Shown: piece by piece, positions 1 to 8,948 of the stretch | How positions within the stretch are numbered: position 1 is the stretch's first letter | Layout: each line of letters starts with the position of its first letter | Source of the DNA: Myxococcota bacterium | GTDB taxonomy: Bacteria; Myxococcota_A; UBA9160; UBA4427 | DNA: 64,000 nucleotides | Assembly: GCA_028823175.1 (NCBI GenBank) | Contig: JAPKBZ010000015.1 | Coordinates: 3,523 to 67,522 of the forward strand | Reading direction: 5' to 3' | Program-made: the position numbers and the translations under genes | The notes under the pieces: model-generated | The model's input: only the letters and a program-made list of their open reading frames with translations | The model's database searches: none | Told to the model about the DNA's origin: nothing

Positions 1-971
1 TACAACTCGCCAACCTCATCGGGGTCGGCGACATGACATCGGCCAGCTTCCGCGTCAGCGAAGGTCTCGGACAATTCCAGGCCCGTTTCGCCCTTCCCAT
101 CAATCGTTGGGATACGACTCTGGGGGCCCGCTACCAATACAGCCACGGGGACGTTGTCCACGGCATTTTCACTCCCCTGGGCATCGAGAGCGAATCCCAA
201 ACCCTGGGATTCGAACTCAGGCAACCGCTTCACCGCAGCCTCAAAGCGAATATTTCGGCCTTCCTCCAGGCCGACTGGCGCCAGGGCCAGAGCTTCCTCT
301 TCGACGGCGCCATCGGCCTGCCCACCGCCTACTCCGAGGACGGCCAATCCCAATTGAGCGTCCTGCGCCTGGGCGTCGAGGGGACCTACCGAACCCGCAC
401 CCAGAGTTTTGCTCTGCGCTCCCAGCTCAGTTTTGGCCTCGATATTCTCGGGGCCACCCGCAACGATGCCGGCATCCCCAGCGGAGAATTCGTCACCTGG
501 CTCGCCCAGGTTCAGTGGGCGGCGCGCCTGCCGGGCACGGACGCTCAACTCGTCGCCCGCTTGGACACCCAGATCGCCTCGGCCCCCCTCCTTCCCCTCG
601 AACAATTTGCCGTCGGCGGCTTCTACAGCGTTCGCGGCTACCGGGAAAATACTGCGGTTCGGGATAACGGCCTCTCGGGCTCCTTCGAGTTCCGCGTGCC
701 CTTCTATCAGCAGCAATCTCCATATATTCGCCTCGAGTTGGCGCCCTTCTTCGACGTCGGCCGCTCCTGGAACAACTCCGAACGCCTCGGCAAACTGAAT
801 GCTTCGCCCATCACTCTGGCCAGCATGGGCCTCGGTTTGCGGATCGCCATGGGCAGTTGGGGCCAGGGCGAAATCTACTGGGGGCGGCGCATGAAACCCG
901 TGGCCGAGTTTTCGAACGACAACCTCCAGGACGACGGCATCAGCTTCCGCCTGCGCGTCGGCTGGCCCTGA
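1..971 (+). CDS. ShlB/FhaC/HecB (TpsB/Omp85) family two-partner secretion outer-membrane protein, 5'-truncated by the window edge
   Basis: Frame is open from the window start. Amphipathic beta-strands, L6-loop motif GGFYSVRGYREN, PFFDVGRSW, and C-terminal strand DDGISFRLRVGWP. Confidence 0.85.
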   Translation, partial: QLANLIGVGDMTSASFRVSEGLGQFQARFALPINRWDTTLGARYQYSHGDVVHGIFTPLGIESESQTLGFELRQPLHRSLKANISAFLQADWRQGQSFLFDGAIGLPTAYSEDGQSQLSVLRLGVEGTYRTRTQSFALRSQLSFGLDILGATRNDAGIPSGEFVTWLAQVQWAARLPGTDAQLVARLDTQIASAPLLPLEQFAVGGFYSVRGYRENTAVRDNGLSGSFEFRVPFYQQQSPYIRLELAPFFDVGRSWNNSERLGKLNASPITLASMGLGLRIAMGSWGQGEIYWGRRMKPVAEFSNDNLQDDGISFRLRVGWP

Positions 972-1055
972 CGAAGCCTCCCCGGCGCGCATTCACCTGC
1001 TACCCCAGCCAGCAAATGACCGGCGGGTACTACGCAACAGGGCCTCGTCCGCTGA

Positions 1056-1434
1056 AAGCGACCCGGCACCGAGCAGTGGGGCAATATCCGGGTCTTTGAT
1101 TATGACGCCGCGAGCTCGACCCTGAGCCTGCTCGGAACCTGCTCGCTCGGGGAAGTCATTACGGGCGCCATTGCGCTCTACGACATCGACCCGAGTTCCC
1201 CCGATGAGGAAGTTCTGGTCGCGACCAACGAGCGCGGGTTCTACGTACTCGACCATAACCTGAGCGCTTTGATCTGGGCGGAAACCACGGGGCACCTCTT
1301 CGCCGACGCATATTACTCGGGCGTGACAGTCGCCGAGCGCGGATCGGCAGAAAGGAAAATCTCCTTTTGTACCTTCAATGCCTCGGGCCCGAGGCACTAT
1401 TCATTGAGCCCACCGGACCCAGCATCGACCGAGA
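1056..1434 (+). pseudogene. Start-less coding-like fragment resembling a beta-propeller/FG-GAP-type repeat protein
   Basis: Frame is open from 1056 (after TGA at 1053) and reads GNIRVFDYDAASSTLSLLGTCSLGEVITGAIALYDIDPSSPDEEVLVATNERGFYVLDHNLSALIWAET. No ATG/GTG/TTG occurs before 1269, and the frame then runs into the convergent kinase. Confidence 0.4.
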
Positions 1435-3192
1435 TCAGTCAACCATCTCCGGGCCTTGAGTGGCTTCCACACGGGCCCGGATCCTGCTCTCCAGCGCGGC
1501 CAACTCGATCGGCTTCTCGACACAGCGCCCGGAGAAGCCTTTGAGAAACTCAGCGGCTTCTTCTACGAAGGCTCCACCGGTCATAAAGATCATCCTGTTC
1601 GCAGCCGACGGATTTCTCTCTTGGAGGGCTGCATAAATCTCCATACCCGTCACTTGAGGCATCATCAGGTCGCAGAGGATCACATCGAAATTGCCTTCGG
1701 CGGCCCTTTGGATCGCGCTCTGACCGTCAATTTCGGTCTCTGCCCGGTAGTGGGAAAGAGAAGCCCCCAGATAGCTGAGCACTTGCTTCTCATCGTCGAC
1801 GATCAGTAGCTTGAGCTCGGTCTTCGAAGCCGAAATCGCCTGATCAGGCACCCACTCGGGTGCCGGCTGCACCTCTGAAACTTCGCTCGGTGGAAAGGCC
1901 ACTACGAACGCCGTTCCATCGGGCGAGGAGTACTCGAGATCGATCTCGCCTCCCATCGAATGGAGAACGTTTCGCGTAATCGACAGGCCCATTCCCATGC
2001 CGAAGCCCACCGCCTTCGTCGTAAAGAAGGGTTCGAAAATACGCTCCATCAGCTCAGAATCGATTCCCGAGCCAGTATCTGCGACCCTGAGAAAAATTCG
2101 ACCCTCCCTAAATTTCACCGACACTCGAATCCAGTTGTCCTTCGCAGAGCCTGGCTCGACCGAGTGAGCCGCATTCGTAAGAAGGTTGATCACCACCTGA
2201 AGGACCCGCCCCGGGTTACCGAGAACCTCGATGCCTTCGGGACATTCAATTTCGACTTGCGCCCGATGCTTGATCTCGTGCGCAACCATCTTGGACGCCC
2301 GATCGATGATCTGGGCCAGATTGACCGCGCCCTTCGCTTCTTCATCGGCATGAGCGAATGTCTTCAGATCGCGTACCAAACCAGCTACACGGTATGATCC
2401 CTCGATCGCCTCGGAGAGCATCGATTCGGTCTCGCTCTGTACTTGCGGAGGGCTGGCTGCGAGTTGATTCGCGAGGTAGGTCTTCAGCAACTCGAGATTT
2501 CCGATGACATAGGTGAGCGGGTTATTGATCTCATGAGCCATACCTGCCGCCAGGCTCCCCATCGAAGCCGCTCTTTCTGTGCGAACGACTCGAGCCTGCA
2601 TCTCTGTCCGCTGATTCATTTCGTAATTGAGCTCGTTATTCACTCTTTCGAGAATGCTGCGCGAGTGGCGCTGCTGAGAGCCAATAGCGCTCAGGAGAAG
2701 ACCTATCGCCACAACAACGGAAAGGCGACTGGCGAGAGCCTCCTGCTGCTGCAATCCAGCGGCTACCTGGCCGGTCAGTTCGAGGCCATAACTCGGCGCA
2801 ATCCATAGAAAAGTGGCGGATAGAAGAACCAGGCCACTGAATAGCCAACCAGCCTGCATCCCCACGAGAAGCGCGCCGAGGACGGGCACCACGTAGAACC
2901 AGTCGAAGGCGGGGCCGCCGAGTAGGAAAGAAGAGTAAGCGACAAGGACATAGAGAATTGAGGTAGCCATCAGGCCACCCCGCACGCTACTGCCTCCCCG
3001 GTGCACCCATCCAAGTACAAGCAGCCCCGACACGGCGGCAGCCAGAACCGCTAAAGACAGCCGTTGAAGCCCCATCTCCGAGAACCGGAAAGCGACCGCA
3101 AGCCCGAAGGTGACGAAGCCAAAAGTGACGGTGGTGAGTACGTATAGACGTCGACTTTCTTCTGCACGAAGCAAGTCCGACATCTCTCGCAT
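1435..3192 (-). CDS. Membrane-bound hybrid sensor histidine kinase (multi-TM, HisKA, HATPase, REC)
   Basis: About 5-6 N-terminal TM helices; H-box AHEINNPL; N-box QVVINLLTNA; G1 DTGSGI; F-box PFFTTK; G2 GMGMGL; receiver LLIVDDE..ILCDLMMP..KP. Start uncertain (3183/3192/3216). Confidence 0.92.
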   Translation of the reverse strand: MREMSDLLRAEESRRLYVLTTVTFGFVTFGLAVAFRFSEMGLQRLSLAVLAAAVSGLLVLGWVHRGGSSVRGGLMATSILYVLVAYSSFLLGGPAFDWFYVVPVLGALLVGMQAGWLFSGLVLLSATFLWIAPSYGLELTGQVAAGLQQQEALASRLSVVVAIGLLLSAIGSQQRHSRSILERVNNELNYEMNQRTEMQARVVRTERAASMGSLAAGMAHEINNPLTYVIGNLELLKTYLANQLAASPPQVQSETESMLSEAIEGSYRVAGLVRDLKTFAHADEEAKGAVNLAQIIDRASKMVAHEIKHRAQVEIECPEGIEVLGNPGRVLQVVINLLTNAAHSVEPGSAKDNWIRVSVKFREGRIFLRVADTGSGIDSELMERIFEPFFTTKAVGFGMGMGLSITRNVLHSMGGEIDLEYSSPDGTAFVVAFPPSEVSEVQPAPEWVPDQAISASKTELKLLIVDDEKQVLSYLGASLSHYRAETEIDGQSAIQRAAEGNFDVILCDLMMPQVTGMEIYAALQERNPSAANRMIFMTGGAFVEEAAEFLKGFSGRCVEKPIELAALESRIRARVEATQGPEMVD

Positions 3193-3245
3193 GGATTGGG
3201 CTACCTCTCTTCGCAAAGTTAACAGAAGAGGCCCGCCCCTGTCCC

Positions 3246-4022
3246 CTATCTGTTGCTGAATACGGGATCGCGTTTTTCGAGGAAAGCGTCCATTCCTTCC
3301 AGGCGGTCATCAGAGGCAAAAACCAGGCCGAACGCCTGCTGTTCCAGGGCATGAGCCGTCCGAATATTGGCGTCCTGGGCTTCTTCGATCACCCTTTTGG
3401 CGAGGGCAACCGCCACTGGGCCACGAGACCCTGCACTCCGCCCCGAGGCGATGGCCTTGGCGAGCAAGTCCTCCCCGGAGAAGACCCGGTTGGCCAGTCC
3501 GATACGCAGGGCTTCCTCGGCGCGAATCGGGTTTCCCCCGAGCACCAATTCCTTCGCCCAGGCCACCCCCACGCGACGCGTCAGGCGACTCGTGCCCCCG
3601 AATCCCGGAATCAAGCCGAGGCTCACCTCAGGCTGTCCAAACCGGGCTTTCTCCGAGGCGTAGATCCAATCGCAGGCCAGGGCCAACTCACAACCGCCTC
3701 CCAACGCAAAGCCATTCACTGCCGCGATGGTGGGGATGGTCAGCGCCTCGAGCGCCGCGAAGGTTTCATGGCCCAGACGCGAGAAAGCCTCGCCTTCGAT
3801 CGGGCTCAGCGCTCTCATCTCGGCGATATCGGCCCCCGCCGCGAAGGCCCGCCCCTCGCCCGTCACGACCAGCGCGCGAACACCGGAGTCCTTGGATACG
3901 CCCTCGATTGCCTGGCCGATCGCGTGCAGGGAAGCGCGATCCAGGGCGTTTAGCGCTTCTGGTCGATTCAGCGTCAGAATCGCCACTTCTCCGTCGCGCT
4001 CAATTTTCACTAATTCGCTCAT
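3246..4022 (-). CDS. Enoyl-CoA hydratase/crotonase family protein
   Basis: RAFAAGADI, AAVNGFALGGGCELALACD, FGQPEVSLGLIPGFGGT; both catalytic Glu present. Confidence 0.95.
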   Translation of the reverse strand: MSELVKIERDGEVAILTLNRPEALNALDRASLHAIGQAIEGVSKDSGVRALVVTGEGRAFAAGADIAEMRALSPIEGEAFSRLGHETFAALEALTIPTIAAVNGFALGGGCELALACDWIYASEKARFGQPEVSLGLIPGFGGTSRLTRRVGVAWAKELVLGGNPIRAEEALRIGLANRVFSGEDLLAKAIASGRSAGSRGPVAVALAKRVIEEAQDANIRTAHALEQQAFGLVFASDDRLEGMDAFLEKRDPVFSNR

Positions 4023-4234
4023 GGCCACCGATCTCCCCGTCTTCTAGGATCACACCCTTTTCCATAAGGGGACCCCCCTCCGGACAGGGCGATAAAAACG
4101 CCTGACTTCGGAGAGTAGCCCCCCGAAGCCCTTCGGGCCGGACCCATGAACTTCGCGTGGTTTTCTCGTGCGCTGCCGAACCCTACGTCTCCGTGGTACT
4201 CTGTACGGGTCAAGTCGAAACCAAGGAGAGAAGA

Positions 4235-4969
4235 ATGGCAGACGAACAATCAGCGCCGGCGAAGATTGCCTACTACGGAGGCCTGGTCGCGGTCGGCGCC
4301 ACGGCCCTGGGCATCCTCGGAATTCAAGTGGGCCTGCTCAGTCCGCTCAGCGGATTCTACTTTTTCAGCTTCGGCTGTCTCGTTGGGGGAGCCTTCACAT
4401 TGCTGATGGGTCTCGTGGCCCTGGTGACTACGCGCAAGTCGGCAGACACCGGTAGCCGAAAACGAGCGCGCATCGCGACACTCACCGGAGCGATCCTGCT
4501 CGGAGTCGTCCTGACGGCGATGCTCCCGGGAAGAGAATTCCCCAGCATCAATGACATCACCACCAATCTCGCAGACCCTCCCCAATTCGCCTCGGCCGAT
4601 CGAGTGCCGACCTATGCGGATTTCGACATGAGTTATCCCCCCGAATTCGTCGAGATCGTCGCAGCCGGCTACCCGGATCTCGCCACCCTGGAGTTGGCCG
4701 CTCCCCCGACTCTCGCCTACGAACGGAGCCTGGAGATTGCTCGTCAGATGGGCTGGTCGATCTCCGACATGAACCCCAATCAGGGCCGCTTCGACGCAAC
4801 GGATACGACACGGATCTTCCGTTTCGTAGACGACATCACTGTCCGAGTTCGTCCCTTGGGAAATGGCTCGGCTGTCGATATCCGCTCCCGCTCCCGGGTG
4901 GGGCGAGGAGACTTGGGGGCCAACGCCATCCGTATCCGAAAATTCACGAATGACCTCAGTCACCCCTAG
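4235..4969 (+). CDS. DUF1499 domain membrane protein
   Basis: AAGGAG RBS before ATG 4235; three TM segments, then INDITT and FRFVDDITVRV..VDIRSRSRVGRGDLGANAIRI. Confidence 0.88.
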   Translation: MADEQSAPAKIAYYGGLVAVGATALGILGIQVGLLSPLSGFYFFSFGCLVGGAFTLLMGLVALVTTRKSADTGSRKRARIATLTGAILLGVVLTAMLPGREFPSINDITTNLADPPQFASADRVPTYADFDMSYPPEFVEIVAAGYPDLATLELAAPPTLAYERSLEIARQMGWSISDMNPNQGRFDATDTTRIFRFVDDITVRVRPLGNGSAVDIRSRSRVGRGDLGANAIRIRKFTNDLSHP

Positions 4970-4996
4970 GCTCCTAAGCTCCTAGGCTCCTAGGCT
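4965..4996. repeat. 8-bp tandem repeat (CCTAGGCT)x4, one copy CCTAAGCT
   Basis: CCTAGGCT CCTAAGCT CCTAGGCT CCTAGGCT, read directly; starts over the TAG stop and lies between two convergent genes. Confidence 0.9.
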
Positions 4997-5002
4997 AAAG
5001 GG

Positions 5003-6646
5003 TCAGCCAGCCGGGGTATGGTCCTCGACGGCTGCGCTGGCGACTTCGCGAGCCCAGCGATAATCCGCTTTCCCGCTTGGCGCTCTCACCACCTCGTCGA
5101 CGAAGACGAATCGCTTAGGAAGTTTGTAGCGGGTGATGTGTTCATTGGCAGCCGAGAGCAGCGCGTCCTCGCTGACCTCGGAACCTTCGCGAAGTTGAAC
5201 GATCGCTGTGACCTGGCTTCCCCAGCGCTCGCTGGGCGTTCCGCAAACGACGCAGTCGTAGACAGCAGGGTGCCCCTTGAGGGCGAGTTCGACTTCTTCG
5301 GCGAAAATTTTCTCTCCACCGCTATTGATCGTTACCGAGTCCCGCCCGAGCAATTTCAAGCGCCCATCGGCCTCGATGCAGGCCCTGTCCCCGGGAACCG
5401 AGTACCGCACCCCCCCAACCGTCGGGAAGGTTTCCCTCGTTTTCCCTTCGTCCTTGTAATACCCCAAGGGCATCCAACCCTCGCGAGCCAACCAGCCCTT
5501 CTCGTCTGAACCCGGTTCTAGGCGATGGGACAGATCGTCCGAGAGCACGCAATTACTCGCTCCGAGTTGAAAATTGCCGGTGCTCGCCCCAGTCTCCCGC
5601 GTGGAAATATGACTCGCCTGGGCACCCGACTCCGACGAACCGAGGGCATCGAGAATACGAATATCCGGGAGGAGATCGAGGAGCTCCTGTTTGAGAGAGG
5701 CCGTAAAGATCGCCCCACCAGACGTCACCAAAAACATCTTCGAGAGGTCGTATTCCTTCTTGCGCAATTGGTCGATCAAGGGCCGCGCGAAAGCATCGCC
5801 GACGATAGTGAGGGCGTTGCCCTGCTCTCTCTCAAGAGTCGACCAAATATCGTCCGGATCCAAACGTTCGACTCCCGGCTGAACGAGAACCGTTCCCCCG
5901 GCGTGCCACATATTGAAGGCAACCCAGTGGGCGGCCCCGTGCATGAAGGGTGGCGCCGGCAGGCAGCGTATGCCGGGAGTAGATCTGGCTTTCTCCTGCA
6001 TCGCCTGGATATTGGGCGGCGGGTTACTGACGAGAGCCGAACAAAAAATTTCCTCCTGGCGCCAGAGCACTCCCTTGGGCATGCCCGTTGTCCCACCGGT
6101 GTAGAGGATGTAGAGGTCGTCCGGAGAGAGATCCCCCGAAAGAGGAACTGCTGCCGCCTGGGAGAGGGCTTGCTCGTAGTCGAGGGCACCCGGTAACAAC
6201 TCGTTGCCGCTTTCGTCCTCAACCTGAATCAAAAGCCGGAGACCCGGTAGCCTGTCGCGAATTTTTTCGAGGGTCGGTGCGAAGGCGGCGTGATAGATCA
6301 CCGCCCGGGCATCGGAATTCTCGAAGAGGTAGAGAAGTTCCTCCTCGACGTAGCGATAATTTACGTTGAAGGGAGCGCAGCGCGCCTTATAAGCCCCCAA
6401 CATGCCCTCGAGGTACTCGTTCCCGTTATGCAGATAGAGAGCCACGTGATCCTGCCCGGACTCCCAGCCCTCGAGCCCGCTCCGTTCCGTGTGGCAACCC
6501 AGCCCATGGGCCCGAAGCAGATCGGCCAGACGCCGCGTTCGGTCCGTCACTTGAGACCAGGTCAGCCGTCGATCCCGAAAGACGATGCACTCTCGCTCGG
6601 GGATGACTTCGGAAATGGCTTCGTGGATGAGGGCCAGATTCATCAT
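5003..6646 (-). CDS. Acyl-CoA synthetase (FadD19-like AMP-binding enzyme)
   Basis: YTGGTTGMPKG AMP-binding motif, PFNVNYRY, PPFMHGAA, GRDSVTINSGGEKIFAEEVE, PSGKADY. Confidence 0.93.
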   Translation of the reverse strand: MMNLALIHEAISEVIPERECIVFRDRRLTWSQVTDRTRRLADLLRAHGLGCHTERSGLEGWESGQDHVALYLHNGNEYLEGMLGAYKARCAPFNVNYRYVEEELLYLFENSDARAVIYHAAFAPTLEKIRDRLPGLRLLIQVEDESGNELLPGALDYEQALSQAAAVPLSGDLSPDDLYILYTGGTTGMPKGVLWRQEEIFCSALVSNPPPNIQAMQEKARSTPGIRCLPAPPFMHGAAHWVAFNMWHAGGTVLVQPGVERLDPDDIWSTLEREQGNALTIVGDAFARPLIDQLRKKEYDLSKMFLVTSGGAIFTASLKQELLDLLPDIRILDALGSSESGAQASHISTRETGASTGNFQLGASNCVLSDDLSHRLEPGSDEKGWLAREGWMPLGYYKDEGKTRETFPTVGGVRYSVPGDRACIEADGRLKLLGRDSVTINSGGEKIFAEEVELALKGHPAVYDCVVCGTPSERWGSQVTAIVQLREGSEVSEDALLSAANEHITRYKLPKRFVFVDEVVRAPSGKADYRWAREVASAAVEDHTPAG

Positions 6647-6730
6647 TAGGCGACTAACTCCTGTCGAATAAGCGAACGAAGAACGTTGCCTCGGATCCGA
6701 GACGGGCGCACTCTTCAGAGAGCCTAAAGC

Positions 6731-7663
6731 TTAGAGGGCGCGAGAAAGAAGGATCGTGCCCAGCATGGCGTCCAGGGTGGGCTCGACACGGGTCGCATCG
6801 TTTTCCTCTGAAAATTCTGCAAACCCCCCATCCGTCGCCTGCTCACCCAGCAAATCTATGAGCAGAAGTGCCGGGTCCAAACTCGCTCCCGGAACAGCGA
6901 GGCTCTGGCAATGGAGAAGCGTCCGTACGGTCAGACCCGCGTCGTAGGCCCGCGTTCGATAGCCACGTTCGAGTTCGCGTCCAATCCACTGCAGGGCGCT
7001 ATCCGCGAGATCGTGGCCGACATTGGTGAAGAAAACTCCGAAAGCGGTGAGTGACTCCCATTGGCGCCCCGAAATCTTGTCGGGGTTAAAAATCGAGCCG
7101 AGGTATTCGCCCGCAGCCTCAAGCAGTTCCGGGCGAACGACCCGAGTTCGGCCGAGGAGACCCGCCAGCATGCCTGTTGCAAAGAGCCTCGATTCGGGGG
7201 GGCCGTCATCCGCGCCCCAGGCTCCGTCGTCGGCCTGGATCGATTGCAGGAAGACCGCGGCCCCATCGATGCAGGGATGATGGTGCAGCCCGAGATCCGA
7301 GAGCGCGACCAGCGCTTCGAGTGTTCCTAGAACTTCGGGCACCAATCCGGCCAACTGGCCAGCGGCTAGGCCCGGAGCGCCGCCGCGCGCCAGACCGAGG
7401 AGGGGGAAAGAACCGTTTGCGGCCTGGCGGGCCTCGATCTCGGCTGCGCACGTCTCTCGCTTCTCGGCACCCAGCAGCGTACGGACGCGCAGCCTCGCGA
7501 GTTCTTCGCCGTGCACCTCGATAAAGGCAAGCCCCGCCTCCAGGGCCGAAGCGGCCTGCTCGCGCAGGGCCCCGATGTCCTCGGGCGAGGCCCCAGCAGG
7601 AGCATTGCCCTCCTCGGGCTCCGCTCCTCCGAGCACGATGCCCTCAAGCCGCACCTGGCTCAA
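6731..7663 (-). CDS. Hypothetical protein with prenyltransferase/squalene-cyclase-like QW repeats (alpha/alpha barrel)
   Basis: Repeats RQAANGSF, IQADDGAW, EQATDGGF. Probable TTG start at 7663 overlaps the TGA of the upstream methyltransferase. Confidence 0.6.
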   Translation of the reverse strand: MSQVRLEGIVLGGAEPEEGNAPAGASPEDIGALREQAASALEAGLAFIEVHGEELARLRVRTLLGAEKRETCAAEIEARQAANGSFPLLGLARGGAPGLAAGQLAGLVPEVLGTLEALVALSDLGLHHHPCIDGAAVFLQSIQADDGAWGADDGPPESRLFATGMLAGLLGRTRVVRPELLEAAGEYLGSIFNPDKISGRQWESLTAFGVFFTNVGHDLADSALQWIGRELERGYRTRAYDAGLTVRTLLHCQSLAVPGASLDPALLLIDLLGEQATDGGFAEFSEENDATRVEPTLDAMLGTILLSRAL

Positions 7664-8859
7664 GCCGACTGCTCCGCGCCCGCCTCGACCTCGAGCAAAC
7701 AGCCGTGCAGGTAGCGACCCTCGGGATGATGAACCGAAAAGGGGTGATCTGCCGGAGCGCCGAGGGTCCGCAGCCAGCGAACTCCCCGCCCCGCGTCGAG
7801 AGCGGCGCCAAAAACAATCTTCTGGAAGAGATCTGGATCCACGTGGTGAGAGCAGGTAAAAACGACGATGAAGGCCGAGGGCGCCGCACATCGTAGCCCG
7901 TGGAGCAGCATGTCCTTGTAGGCCCGGGATGCCGCCTGGACAGCTCGGCGAGAACGGGCCAGGGGGGGCGGGTCGAGCACGATCAGATCGAACTTTTCGC
8001 TGGCGGCCGAGGCGGAGCGAAGCGCCTCGAAGGCATCCGATCGCCGAATCTCTACGGGACAAGTCAGGCCGTTCATCTCAAGATTCGACTCCGCTATGCG
8101 CAGCGCCGCTTCAGAGGAATCCACCAGCACCAGACTCGCCGCTCCGCCCACTCCTGCCGCCACGGCGAAGCTGCCCGTGTAGCTGAATACGTCAAGTGTC
8201 CGGCGACCGGCTGCCAGACCCATGACCAGTTGCCGCGCATCCCTCTGGTCGAGGTAGAAGCCCGTCTTCTGGCCATGCATGAAATCCACCGCGTAGCGGC
8301 GACCCGCCTCTTCGATAAGTCCCTCCGAGGGCGGCGAACCCCAGAGCGTCCCTTCGTCCGGCGGAATCCCCTCTCGGCGGGCGGAGCTGTCATCTCGGCG
8401 CCGGTAACCGTGGGGGGCGTCGACGAGCGCCTGGATCTTCTGCGCGATCCGATCCGCCCGGGCGTGCATCCCCGCCGTGAGAAATTTTAGGACCACCACG
8501 TCCCCCAGCCGATCCACAACTAGCCCGGGCAACCCATCGCCCTCGGCATTGACCAGCCGCATCGCGTCGGTCTCACGCAAGAGGGGGTGTTCACGCCGCC
8601 GGGCCAGCGCCGCCTCGAGGCGCTGTTCAAGGAGCTGCTCGCCGGGATCCTCCTTGCCAAAAGCCAAGAGCCTGACCCGAATACTCGACTTGGGCGAGTA
8701 GTGGCCGTAGCCCAGAACTTCGCCCCCCTTCGAAACCACCCGCACCCACGCACCCGCGTGAGCCTCGCCGGGCTCGCTCGCGACGGCTCCGGAAAGAAGC
8801 CAGGGGTGCTGGCGGCGTAGGGAGCGCTCGCGTCCTGAGGAGATAATTACGTCCGTCAT
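7660..8859 (-). CDS. rlmI: RlmI/YccW-family SAM-dependent 23S rRNA m5C methyltransferase (PUA + MTase)
   Basis: HPWLLSGA (PUA), RLVNAEGDGLPGLVVD, GQKTGFYLDQR, LDVFSYTGSF, DLIVLDPP, FTCS. Confidence 0.88.
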   Translation of the reverse strand: MTDVIISSGRERSLRRQHPWLLSGAVASEPGEAHAGAWVRVVSKGGEVLGYGHYSPKSSIRVRLLAFGKEDPGEQLLEQRLEAALARRREHPLLRETDAMRLVNAEGDGLPGLVVDRLGDVVVLKFLTAGMHARADRIAQKIQALVDAPHGYRRRDDSSARREGIPPDEGTLWGSPPSEGLIEEAGRRYAVDFMHGQKTGFYLDQRDARQLVMGLAAGRRTLDVFSYTGSFAVAAGVGGAASLVLVDSSEAALRIAESNLEMNGLTCPVEIRRSDAFEALRSASAASEKFDLIVLDPPPLARSRRAVQAASRAYKDMLLHGLRCAAPSAFIVVFTCSHHVDPDLFQKIVFGAALDAGRGVRWLRTLGAPADHPFSVHHPEGRYLHGCLLEVEAGAEQSA

Positions 8860-8948
8860 AGTCCGGATAGGTTCGTCCATTCGGCTCGCCCCAACAAGCG
8901 CTGGTGCCGCTAGAATGACCCGTTCTAGAATCTTATTGAAAGTTTTCC

